Shown: piece by piece, positions 25,981 to 33,896 of the stretch
Position numbering within the stretch: position 1 is the first letter of the stretch
Layout of the letters: each line of letters opens with the position of its first letter
Assembly: GCA_031418675.1 (NCBI GenBank)
Contig: JANOXY010000744.1
Coordinates: forward strand, 1-35,361
Length of the DNA stretch: 35,361 bases
Source of the DNA: Pseudomonadota bacterium
GTDB taxonomy: Bacteria; Pseudomonadota; Gammaproteobacteria; Ga0077536
Direction: 5' to 3'
Notes under the pieces: model-generated
The model's input: the letters and a program-made list of their open reading frames with translations, nothing else
What the model was told of the DNA's origin: nothing
The model's database searches: none
Position numbers and translations under genes: made by a program

Positions 25981-26340
25981 TTACAAACGCTCGTCGTCTT
26001 CCGCGCGCCACGGTGGACTCACCACTGCGATAAAACGCAGCAGCTCATCGCCGATATTGTCTATCCACTGTTCGGCCCGGGGCGGGATCACCACCGTATC
26101 GCCCACCGTCAATTCACAGGTCTCGTCATCCACATGCATGTTTCCCCGCCCGGCGAGGATGAAATAGATCTCGGTCTGAGCCAGCCGATGGCGATAACTG
26201 CTCTGCCCAACTTCCACCTCGGCCACGGCAAAAGAATAGGGCAGATCAACAGCGTCGTTTTTGCCGTGCAGCAGTTCGAAGATGCGGCAGCCATCATTGG
26301 CCAGCAGGGGTGCACAGGCGGCGAGGGATTTGGTGAACAT
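25981..26340 (-). CDS. Cupin-domain protein
   Basis: A 119-aa protein with a cupin_2-like pattern (..SYRHRLAQTEIYFILAGRG.M.VDDE..ELTVGDTVVIPP..). Confidence 0.65.
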   Translation of the reverse strand: MFTKSLAACAPLLANDGCRIFELLHGKNDAVDLPYSFAVAEVEVGQSSYRHRLAQTEIYFILAGRGNMHVDDETCELTVGDTVVIPPRAEQWIDNIGDELLRFIAVVSPPWRAEDDERL

Positions 26341-26358
26341 GGGTGTGTCTCAAACAGG

Positions 26359-26383
26359 CTGGGCGGATTGTAATCCGCGCCAG
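26359..26383 (-). terminator. Weak candidate terminator hairpin downstream of the RTX-repeat gene
   Basis: CTGGGCGGATT-gt-AATCCGCgCCAG forms 11 bp with one bulge, followed on the minus strand by CCTGTTTG. The U-tract is poor. Confidence 0.3.
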
Positions 26384-26449
26384 CCGGGAGGCAGCTCGCG
26401 TAACGGCCTTACGCCACGGTCAGAAGAGCCAGCTGCCCCATCACCAACG

Positions 26450-28135
26450 CTAGCGTCTCGCTGCCACTTCAAATTGACTTTTGAAGGATTCCGGCAGCGT
26501 TGCGCGCCCGAACCTGACCTGGGTCCTGACATTGATGCCATAGGTCCCCTCGAGCGCCGTAGCGCAGCGATTGTCCCCAGAGCGCGGCTGGTCGTTGCGC
26601 GACAGTTGGAATTCATCCGGATAACGCGGCGCCAGCCTGAAACCTGGCGGTACCACCATCCCCGTCAGGCGCGGCGCCACACAAAAGTCACCATCGGGTT
26701 CGCGCACGAGGAATTCCTCGATTTCCGCGCTACCGCCGGCGGCAGCGGTGCTGAACTGGATGTCCGCGCTTTGCCCGAGCAGATATTGTTTTAGTGCCGG
26801 TGACGCCACAGCGAAGCCGACTGAATATTCACAACTCTGTTTGGGATCAGGATCTGTTGGACAGATATCGGTGCTGGATCCCCCATTGGCGCTGTCGTTA
26901 TTAACGTCCGTGTCGACGGTATTCAGATAATCCGACCCCGTGCTGCCGAGCAGCTCATCATCGCCGGCATCACCGTACAAAACGTCGTTGCCGTCGCGAC
27001 CGTTGAGGCTGTCGTCGCCCTCCTCACCGTGCAGCAGATCATTGTCGATACCGCCGTCCAGCGCATCGTCGTCTCGACCGCCAAACAGATCATCGTCGCC
27101 GGCCTCGCCGAATAATCCGGCGTTAGTGCCCAGAAAAGCGGTATCGCGATCGTTGCCATCTTCGCCTTTTAAGGTGTCCTCACCCGGGCCACCGCGGAGC
27201 AAATCGGAGCCGTCGCCGCCTTCCAGCGTATCGTTGCCAGGCCCGCCGAAGAGCCCGCCCTGGACTTCAAGGGGCACGAGTTCGATGCGGTCATTTCCCG
27301 CCTGACCGTCGAGGAAATCGTCCCCTTCGTCACCCGACAATCTGTCGTTGCCTATACCACCGTAAAGTTTGTCGTTTTCATCCCCACCACCGAGGGTGTC
27401 ATTGCCACTTCCGCCCCATAGTTTGTCCGTGCCGGCGCCGCCGAAGACCGAGTCGTTGCCACTATCACCGTAGAGTTCGTCGTTACCGCCGTTACCATTA
27501 ATTTCATCCTTGCCTCCGTCACCATGGATGGTGTCGCGACTGCCCGTGGTCAGCGTGGCGTTTTCACCGTAGAGCTGGTCGTTGTCAGGACCTCCGTTGA
27601 GGATGTCCCGGTCTTCGTCACCAAACACGACATCGTCGCCGGAGCCGGCAAAGACGGTATCTATGCCGGGTCCGCCGTGGATTTCATCACTCCCACCAAA
27701 ACCATCATCGCGAATGTAGTCGTCGCCATCGTCGCCAAACAACTTGTCGCCTTCAGCGCCCCCTTCGATCTCGATCTCGTCACCCGATCCACCATGAACT
27801 TCATCGACGCCTGCGTTGCCATCGAGGATATCGTTGTCGGGACCGCCAAACACCCGGTCTTCGCCATCATCGCCCATGACCGTATCGTCACCAGTGCCGC
27901 CGCAAACAATATCGTTGCCGCCCAGTCCATTGATGGTGTCCTTTCCGCCGCGGCCATCTATCCAGTCCTTTTCTGGCGTGCCTATCAGCACATCGTCACC
28001 ATCGGTACCCTCGATGACGGTGTACCCATTCGGTACGGCAGGACAATCGTCCGCGCCGGCGGATGGCACGCAAACCACCGATAAGATAGCTGCCAGACAT
28101 GGCAACAGAGCTCCCTGGATTTTTTCGCGCCCCAT
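26450..28135 (-). CDS. Secreted calcium-binding RTX-repeat protein with an N-terminal Sec signal and a non-repeat C-terminal domain
   Basis: The internal ATG at 28135 gives MGREKIQGALLPCLAAILSVVCVPSAGA/DD. About 385 aa of nonapeptide GGxGxDxUx-type repeats follow (e.g. GGAGTDKLWGGSGNDTLGGGDENDKLYGGIGNDRLSGDEGDDFLDG). The last ~130 aa form a Cys-containing domain with no repeats. Confidence 0.8.
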   Translation of the reverse strand: MGREKIQGALLPCLAAILSVVCVPSAGADDCPAVPNGYTVIEGTDGDDVLIGTPEKDWIDGRGGKDTINGLGGNDIVCGGTGDDTVMGDDGEDRVFGGPDNDILDGNAGVDEVHGGSGDEIEIEGGAEGDKLFGDDGDDYIRDDGFGGSDEIHGGPGIDTVFAGSGDDVVFGDEDRDILNGGPDNDQLYGENATLTTGSRDTIHGDGGKDEINGNGGNDELYGDSGNDSVFGGAGTDKLWGGSGNDTLGGGDENDKLYGGIGNDRLSGDEGDDFLDGQAGNDRIELVPLEVQGGLFGGPGNDTLEGGDGSDLLRGGPGEDTLKGEDGNDRDTAFLGTNAGLFGEAGDDDLFGGRDDDALDGGIDNDLLHGEEGDDSLNGRDGNDVLYGDAGDDELLGSTGSDYLNTVDTDVNNDSANGGSSTDICPTDPDPKQSCEYSVGFAVASPALKQYLLGQSADIQFSTAAAGGSAEIEEFLVREPDGDFCVAPRLTGMVVPPGFRLAPRYPDEFQLSRNDQPRSGDNRCATALEGTYGINVRTQVRFGRATLPESFKSQFEVAARR

Positions 28136-28396
28136 GGTGATTCCCTTATATGTGATTCTTCGTGTAGGCAGCAGACAACGCGCGGCACGCAGTGTCAACG
28201 CCAGCCGGTCGCTGTTTCAGGTAATTTCTCCCATAACGATGTCAAACATGCGTGGACACCGCGACCTTGGCAGGCCCGCGCTGGCGGTTTTTCTCGCACT
28301 GCGCGGCCAGCTGATTAAAATGACGCCACACGACCTGGCGCCGGCTAGACCGGCACTGCAGGCGCACGCCAACCACGCGATTAAAGAGGCCTGCCC

Positions 28397-30052
28397 ATGA
28401 GCATCGACGTAGAAAATTTTCGCAACCGTCGCAACGACGATCGTTGGAACCGCGTGTCGGTCGGCGACATCATCGAACGTATAACTTGGAGCACGCCAGA
28501 TAAAGTGGTCCTGGTGTGCACCCCCGACGCCACCGTCAATCCCGCCTATCAGCGGGTGACCTACGCGCAGGCCAATGCCCTCATCAATCAAGTTGCCAAT
28601 GGCCTGCTGGCGCTGGATCTGGCACCGGCCACACGCATCGCCATGTTCTGCGACAACTCCAATGAAGCATGGCTGACCAAACTCGGGATCGCCAAGGCCG
28701 GCATGGTCGCAGCGCCGGTGAACGTGATGATGGCGCCCGACGTCATCCTCGAAACCCTGGCCCACGTCGATGCCAAGGTGGCGATCGTCGATCAGCCCCA
28801 ATGGGACAGGCTGGGTGATCAGCTCACTCCCGCCGGCATCAAGCCAGTGATGTCCATCGGTGGTGGCAAGACCGGCGTGGCGGTGAGCTTTGAAGACTTC
28901 ATCGCCGCCCATGGTGAGTCTGAGCCCGATGTCCGGATCCACGGCGACGATGTATGGGAAGTGCTGTTCACCTCCGGCACCACGGCGCGCCCCAAGGCCG
29001 TGATGATCTCCCACACCTACACCTACATGACCGGTTATAGCCACGTGCTGACCATGACCCGTGGCCTGGATCACGAGTCCGATATCCGCCACGCGGCCTT
29101 CACGCCCATGGTCTTCCACATTGGCGATCACGCCTGCATGTTCGGCCCGCTGATGGCGGGCGGCACGGTGATCATCGGGCGCAAGCCCGACGGCCATGTG
29201 ATGGCCGAGACCTGCACCCGCGAGCGGGTGACCTGCCTGTTTGGCGGCTCACCACAATTTGTTGAGAGCATCATCCGCGCCGTTGAAGAGCGGCCGTTTG
29301 CCTACGACTTGAGCTCGATTACCGCCATGCACTTCGGCTGGGCGCCCCTATCGCCGGGCTCGCTGGCCGCATTCCGGCGGCTGTGCAGTCCGCAGGTCAA
29401 GATCTACGAGATCTGCGGCCAGACCGAAGCGGTGGCCTGCCATCGTTTTTTTATCGACCGCCATGTTGATATGTATCTGCGCGAAGCACCCGCGACCAAC
29501 CATGTCGGCCTGCCGAGTCCGATCATGGCGGCCACGGTGTTCGACGAAAACGGCCAGGACCTGCGTGGGCGCAAAGGTGTGGCGGGCGAAGCGGTGTATC
29601 GCAGCCCGGCCATGTTCTCCGGTTATTACCGCGACCCCAAAGCCACCGAAGAAGCGCTGGCCGGCGGCTGGTTTCATTCCGGCGACAGCTTTGTCTACCA
29701 CGACGAGGGTGTGCGCTTGATGGTGGATCGCTACAAAGACATCGTGAAATCCGGCGGCGAAAATGTCTCGACCATCCGCGTCGAAGCGATCCTGCAGCAA
29801 CATCCGGACGTGCAGCGCGCCGCGGTGGTAGGTATGCCCGATGAACGCTGGGGTGAAGCGGTGACCGCCTGCATCATCCCGGCGGCGGGCAAAACCATAG
29901 ACGACGCCGCGCTCATTGCCTTCGCACGCGAACGACTGGCGGGCTTCGAGACGCCTAAGCGTATTGTGGTGATGGCAGAGTTCCCGACCACCGTCGGCGG
30001 CAAGATTCTGAAGTACAAAATCCGTCAGATGTTGAGCAACCCTGCGAGCTGA
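28397..30052 (+). CDS. AMP-dependent synthetase/ligase (acyl-CoA synthetase family)
   Basis: Motifs FTSGTTARPKAV, GWFHSGD, DRYKDIVKSGGENV and a C-terminal GKILK. An AAAGAGG Shine-Dalgarno is present. Confidence 0.9.
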   Translation: MSIDVENFRNRRNDDRWNRVSVGDIIERITWSTPDKVVLVCTPDATVNPAYQRVTYAQANALINQVANGLLALDLAPATRIAMFCDNSNEAWLTKLGIAKAGMVAAPVNVMMAPDVILETLAHVDAKVAIVDQPQWDRLGDQLTPAGIKPVMSIGGGKTGVAVSFEDFIAAHGESEPDVRIHGDDVWEVLFTSGTTARPKAVMISHTYTYMTGYSHVLTMTRGLDHESDIRHAAFTPMVFHIGDHACMFGPLMAGGTVIIGRKPDGHVMAETCTRERVTCLFGGSPQFVESIIRAVEERPFAYDLSSITAMHFGWAPLSPGSLAAFRRLCSPQVKIYEICGQTEAVACHRFFIDRHVDMYLREAPATNHVGLPSPIMAATVFDENGQDLRGRKGVAGEAVYRSPAMFSGYYRDPKATEEALAGGWFHSGDSFVYHDEGVRLMVDRYKDIVKSGGENVSTIRVEAILQQHPDVQRAAVVGMPDERWGEAVTACIIPAAGKTIDDAALIAFARERLAGFETPKRIVVMAEFPTTVGGKILKYKIRQMLSNPAS

Positions 30053-30054
30053 GC

Positions 30055-31401
30055 CTACTTGCGCCGGAAAGCCGCACCGGGATGGCGACTCGGCAGCGTG
30101 GGATAACCGAAGATCTTTTCGCGCAGCGGACCGGGCCCATACTCGGTCTGCATCAACCCGCGCTGTTTGAGGATAGGTGCCACACCCTCGATGAAGTCGA
30201 CGAAGGTGCCGGGTGTGGTGGCGTAGACCAGATTAAAACCATCCACACCCGACTCACCATAGGCCGCGAGCTTGTCTGCGATCTGCTCAGCACTGCCCAC
30301 TATCCATTGCCCGCTCATCTGGCGGCGTGCGAGGTCGCCAAAGGTCAGCCCGCCTGCGGGCGCGTGGGCAGCAAAGCTTTTCAAAAAACCGAGCACGCCG
30401 TTGAATTCGTGATCGGCGATCGGTTGTGAGGGATCAAAAGCACTCAGATCAGCGCCGAGGTGCCCACTCATATGGGACAGCCCACCTTCGATGGACAACA
30501 TCTCATTCAAGTCGGCAGCCTTGGCCCGCGCCTCGCCCTCGGTGCCACCGATCACCAAGGACACCGCCAGACAGATCTTGATGTCTTCCGGTCTGCGCCC
30601 GTAACGGACGGCCCGCGCGCGGAGATCGGCAATCAACTCGCCGCGACCACCACCGGTGATAAAAACACACTCGGCATGGCGCGCGGCAAACTCGCGCCCC
30701 CGATCGGAAGACCCGGCCTGAAACAGCAGCGGTGTACGCTGCGGTGATGGCTCGCAAAGATGCGGCCCCGGCACGTCGTAATAAGGGCCATGGTGATCGA
30801 TGCGATGGACCTTGGTCGGATCGGCATAAACGCCACTTTCACGATCACGCAGCACCGCGCCGTCTTCCCAGCTCGCTTCCCACAGTTTGTAGAGCACTTC
30901 CAGATAGTCGTCACCCCGCGCATAACGATCGTCATGGGCCGGCAGATCCCCGTAGCCGAGATTCTGCGCTGCGTTGGGCAGATAGGACGTAACGATATTC
31001 CAGGCCACGCGCCCTTTGGTTAAATGATCAAGGGTGGAAGCACGCCGTGCGAAGTTGAAAGGATGCTCGGCAAAAATTGATCCGGTATAAGCAAAGCCCA
31101 GATGTTCTGTCGCATGGGCCATGGCGGGAATGAGCAGCGTCGGATCATTGACCGGGATCTGCATTGCTTCGCGTATCGAGGTCTCCGGGCCGCCTTTGTA
31201 GATGTCGTAGGTGCCCACCACATCAGCGAGGAATAAAGAATCGAACTTAGCGCGCTCGAGCAGCTGCGCGAGGTCTACCCAGGGATCGAGCGAGGCGTAT
31301 TCCAGCTGGCGGGTATCGGCGCGGCGCCATAGGCCATGGTGGATATGGGACACGCAGTTCATGGAGAAGGCGTTGAATAGGAGGCGTTTGGGTGGCGGCA
31401 T
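30055..31401 (-). CDS. LLM-class flavin-dependent monooxygenase (NtaA/SnaA/DszA family)
   Basis: Starting at ATG 31401: MPPPKRLLFNAFSMNCVSHIHHGLWRR..DSLFLADV.., typical of the N-terminus of two-component FMN monooxygenases of the NtaA/DszA class. The longest ORF starts at 31434. Confidence 0.8.
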   Translation of the reverse strand: MPPPKRLLFNAFSMNCVSHIHHGLWRRADTRQLEYASLDPWVDLAQLLERAKFDSLFLADVVGTYDIYKGGPETSIREAMQIPVNDPTLLIPAMAHATEHLGFAYTGSIFAEHPFNFARRASTLDHLTKGRVAWNIVTSYLPNAAQNLGYGDLPAHDDRYARGDDYLEVLYKLWEASWEDGAVLRDRESGVYADPTKVHRIDHHGPYYDVPGPHLCEPSPQRTPLLFQAGSSDRGREFAARHAECVFITGGGRGELIADLRARAVRYGRRPEDIKICLAVSLVIGGTEGEARAKAADLNEMLSIEGGLSHMSGHLGADLSAFDPSQPIADHEFNGVLGFLKSFAAHAPAGGLTFGDLARRQMSGQWIVGSAEQIADKLAAYGESGVDGFNLVYATTPGTFVDFIEGVAPILKQRGLMQTEYGPGPLREKIFGYPTLPSRHPGAAFRRK

Positions 31402-31499
31402 GGCGGGTGGATTCCGGTTGGTGGGCAGGAGCATCGTTGCGAAGGCGAGCAGTACCGACGCAACAGCGTTATGGCGTAGCAGCGGCGCCCTCCGCGTTG

Positions 31500-32480
31500 T
31501 CAGGACTTACGCATGAGTTCCTCGCTGCGATCGGTGGCGGACGGCGGCGCCGGCGACAGCGCCGCGATCTCAGCGCGCAGTGCGGTGTTCATATCAATGT
31601 TCACCGCATCCAGCGACGCCTGCATCTGCTCAACATCACGCGCCCCGATGATCGGCGCCGTCACCGCCGGATGGGCCGCGACCCAGGCCACTGCCATGCT
31701 GACCGGATGCACATCGCGTGCAGCGCAGAACTCGGCAAAGCGGGCCGCGACGTCGAAGGCCCAAGGCTCAGCATAACGCTGCGCATACATCGGATTCTGG
31801 TTGATGCGACCTGCCACGGTAGCGCGATCGCCGGCGTACTTGCCCGATAACAAACCACCGGCCGATGGTCCGTAGGGTACAACGCTCAGGTGGTTGGCCG
31901 TGGCCATCGGCAGGATCTCGATCTCGGCGGTGCGTTTGAGCAGGTTGTACATCGGTTGAATGAGTTGCAGCGGTGCCCAACGGTTGGCGCGTTGGATATC
32001 GAGTGCGGCCTGGGTCTGCCAGGCGGTGTGATTGCTGAGGGCGGGATAAAGAATCTTGCCGGCACGCACCAGATCTTCCAGGCCACGCAGGGTCTCTTCC
32101 AGCGGTGTACGCGGGTCCTGATTGTGCACGTAGTAGATCTCGACGCGGTCGGTGCCCAGGCGTTTAAGACTGGCCTCGCAGGCGCGACTCAGGTGGCGGC
32201 GTGATGCGCCCTTGGCGTTGATGTCGCTGCCCATGGGATTGAAACCCTTGGTGGCAATCACGAGATCGTCGCGATGGCCCTGCATCAGCTTGCCGAGGAT
32301 TTCTTCGGCACGACCGGCGTTGTACTGATCGGCGGTGTCGAAAAAATTGATCCCTGCGGTGCGCGCGGCCTGATACATCGCCGCGCAGGCTGATTCATCG
32401 GCTTCGCCACCAAAGGGCATAGTGCCCATGCACAGTTGCGATACGGCGATACCGGTGCGACCCAGGGGACGAAATTTCAT
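31500..32480 (-). CDS. Aldo/keto reductase
   Basis: MKFRPLGRTGIAVSQLCMGTMPFG..INFFDTADQYNAGRAEEILG. A GAGGAC Shine-Dalgarno is present. Confidence 0.85.
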   Translation of the reverse strand: MKFRPLGRTGIAVSQLCMGTMPFGGEADESACAAMYQAARTAGINFFDTADQYNAGRAEEILGKLMQGHRDDLVIATKGFNPMGSDINAKGASRRHLSRACEASLKRLGTDRVEIYYVHNQDPRTPLEETLRGLEDLVRAGKILYPALSNHTAWQTQAALDIQRANRWAPLQLIQPMYNLLKRTAEIEILPMATANHLSVVPYGPSAGGLLSGKYAGDRATVAGRINQNPMYAQRYAEPWAFDVAARFAEFCAARDVHPVSMAVAWVAAHPAVTAPIIGARDVEQMQASLDAVNIDMNTALRAEIAALSPAPPSATDRSEELMRKS

Positions 32481-32518
32481 GCGTCAGGTCCTCGAGCAAT
32501 GGCGTGGCGGGGGCACAT

Positions 32519-33532
32519 TCAAGACGGTGGTGCGGTATCCAGCACTTGCCGTGCGGCTTCCAGTTCGCTGAGCGTGCCGTTTGCCACGGCGGTTTGCAGT
32601 TGTGCGAGCGCAGTGTCGCTGAAGGCATGCAGCCGCGTGCGTGCGAGTTCGATGACACGGGTTTCCAGGCGCGCACGAATCGATCGCTGGCCCGCGCGCG
32701 CCAGACCGACCGCTAGGCCGTGGCGCTCGATTTGATCCGCCAGTGCCACCACACCGCGGCCGTCGATCGCGGTGGTTTCCAACACCTGAATACGCCAACG
32801 GGGATCGTGTTCCGAACGATTCAGCGCATCTTCCAGCGCCAGCACCGTGGGGCCGGCCGCCAACTGATCGGCCTTGTTGACCACCGCGATGTCGGCGATC
32901 TCGAGCACACCGGCTTTGATGGCCTGTAATTCGTCACCCATGCCCGGCGCACAGACCACAACATTGGTGGTTGCGACGTCCGCAAGTTGCACTTCCGATT
33001 GGCCAGTGCCGACGGTTTCGATGATCAACAAATCGAAGCCCGCGATCTGCAGCAGATCGAGCACGCGCGCAAAAGCGCGGGTCAATCCACCGAGATGGCC
33101 GCGCGCGGCAAACGAACGCACATACACGCCGCTATCGGTTGCGTGGCGCAACATGCGCGCGCGATCACCGAGCACCGCGCCACCGCTGCGCGGGCTGGAC
33201 GGGTCAACCGCCAACACCCCCACCACGGCGCCACGAGTGCGCAGTTCAGCGACATAACTGTCGATCAAGGTGGACTTGCCGACCCCGGGCGCGCCGGTAA
33301 AACCGACCACCGGACAGGCTTGTGACGGCACGCCGATTTCGGCGTGGATCACTTGCGCCTGCGGGCCATCGGTTTCGAGCACGGTCAAGGCACGCGCCAG
33401 CATGCGTCGTTCACCAGCAACGACACGGGCGCGCCAATCGGGTGGTAGTTCGCGACTCACAATGTCATCGGCGCGTGCCTCAGCGCCCGACGATGTCGTG
33501 CACGTATTGGGTAATGGTCGCGAGTTTGGCAC
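32519..33532 (-). CDS. meaB: Methylmalonyl-CoA-mutase-associated G-protein chaperone MeaB/ArgK
   Basis: P-loop GFTGAPGVGKSTLID, the IIETVGTGQSE switch, and VVNKAD (NKxD). The longest ORF overlaps the upstream gene by 53 nt. An alternative GTG at 33460 (VSRELPPDW..) would leave a 19-nt gap instead. Confidence 0.85.
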   Translation of the reverse strand: MPNSRPLPNTCTTSSGAEARADDIVSRELPPDWRARVVAGERRMLARALTVLETDGPQAQVIHAEIGVPSQACPVVGFTGAPGVGKSTLIDSYVAELRTRGAVVGVLAVDPSSPRSGGAVLGDRARMLRHATDSGVYVRSFAARGHLGGLTRAFARVLDLLQIAGFDLLIIETVGTGQSEVQLADVATTNVVVCAPGMGDELQAIKAGVLEIADIAVVNKADQLAAGPTVLALEDALNRSEHDPRWRIQVLETTAIDGRGVVALADQIERHGLAVGLARAGQRSIRARLETRVIELARTRLHAFSDTALAQLQTAVANGTLSELEAARQVLDTAPPS

Positions 33533-33896
33533 CGGGGGTGAAAACTTCGCGCACGCCCAAGGTCTTCAGATAGGTGATGTCGGTTTTGGGGATCACACCA
33601 CCGCCCAGTACCGGGATATCTTCGCCACCGCAGGTCTTTAGACATGCCATCAGATCGGCAAACACCACGTTGTGCGCGCCCGACAGAATACTCACGCAGA
33701 TCACATCAACGTCTTCCTGCACGGCGGTGTTGGCGATGATTTCCGGCGACACACGCAAGCCGGTATAGATCACCTCCATGCCCGCATCACGCAGGGCCTG
33801 GGCCAAGACCTTGGCACCGCGGTCGTGACCATCGAGACCGGGCTTGGCCACCAGAATGCGGATCGGCGTTGCGTTACTTTGTCCAACGGCACTCAT
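33480..33896 (-). CDS. Cobalamin-binding small subunit of a split acyl-CoA mutase
   Basis: B12-binding motif RILVAKPGLDGHDRGAKV (DxHxxG), plus ..SILSGAH.. and VLGGGVIP. Its ATG overlaps the large-subunit TGA as ATGA. Confidence 0.85.
   Translation of the reverse strand: MSAVGQSNATPIRILVAKPGLDGHDRGAKVLAQALRDAGMEVIYTGLRVSPEIIANTAVQEDVDVICVSILSGAHNVVFADLMACLKTCGGEDIPVLGGGVIPKTDITYLKTLGVREVFTPGAKLATITQYVHDIVGR

Noticed and set aside
26900-28000. Periodic nucleotide repeats that could be mistaken for a CRISPR or tandem-repeat array
   Set aside because: The periodicity is the 27-nt coding repeat of RTX nonapeptides inside one long ORF. There are no unique spacers or constant direct repeats.
28217-29197. 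A 326-aa minus-strand ORF overlapping the start of the acyl-CoA synthetase gene
   Set aside because: The plus-strand frame carries the AMP-binding signature motifs. The minus frame is Gly/His/Asp/Arg-rich with no motifs.
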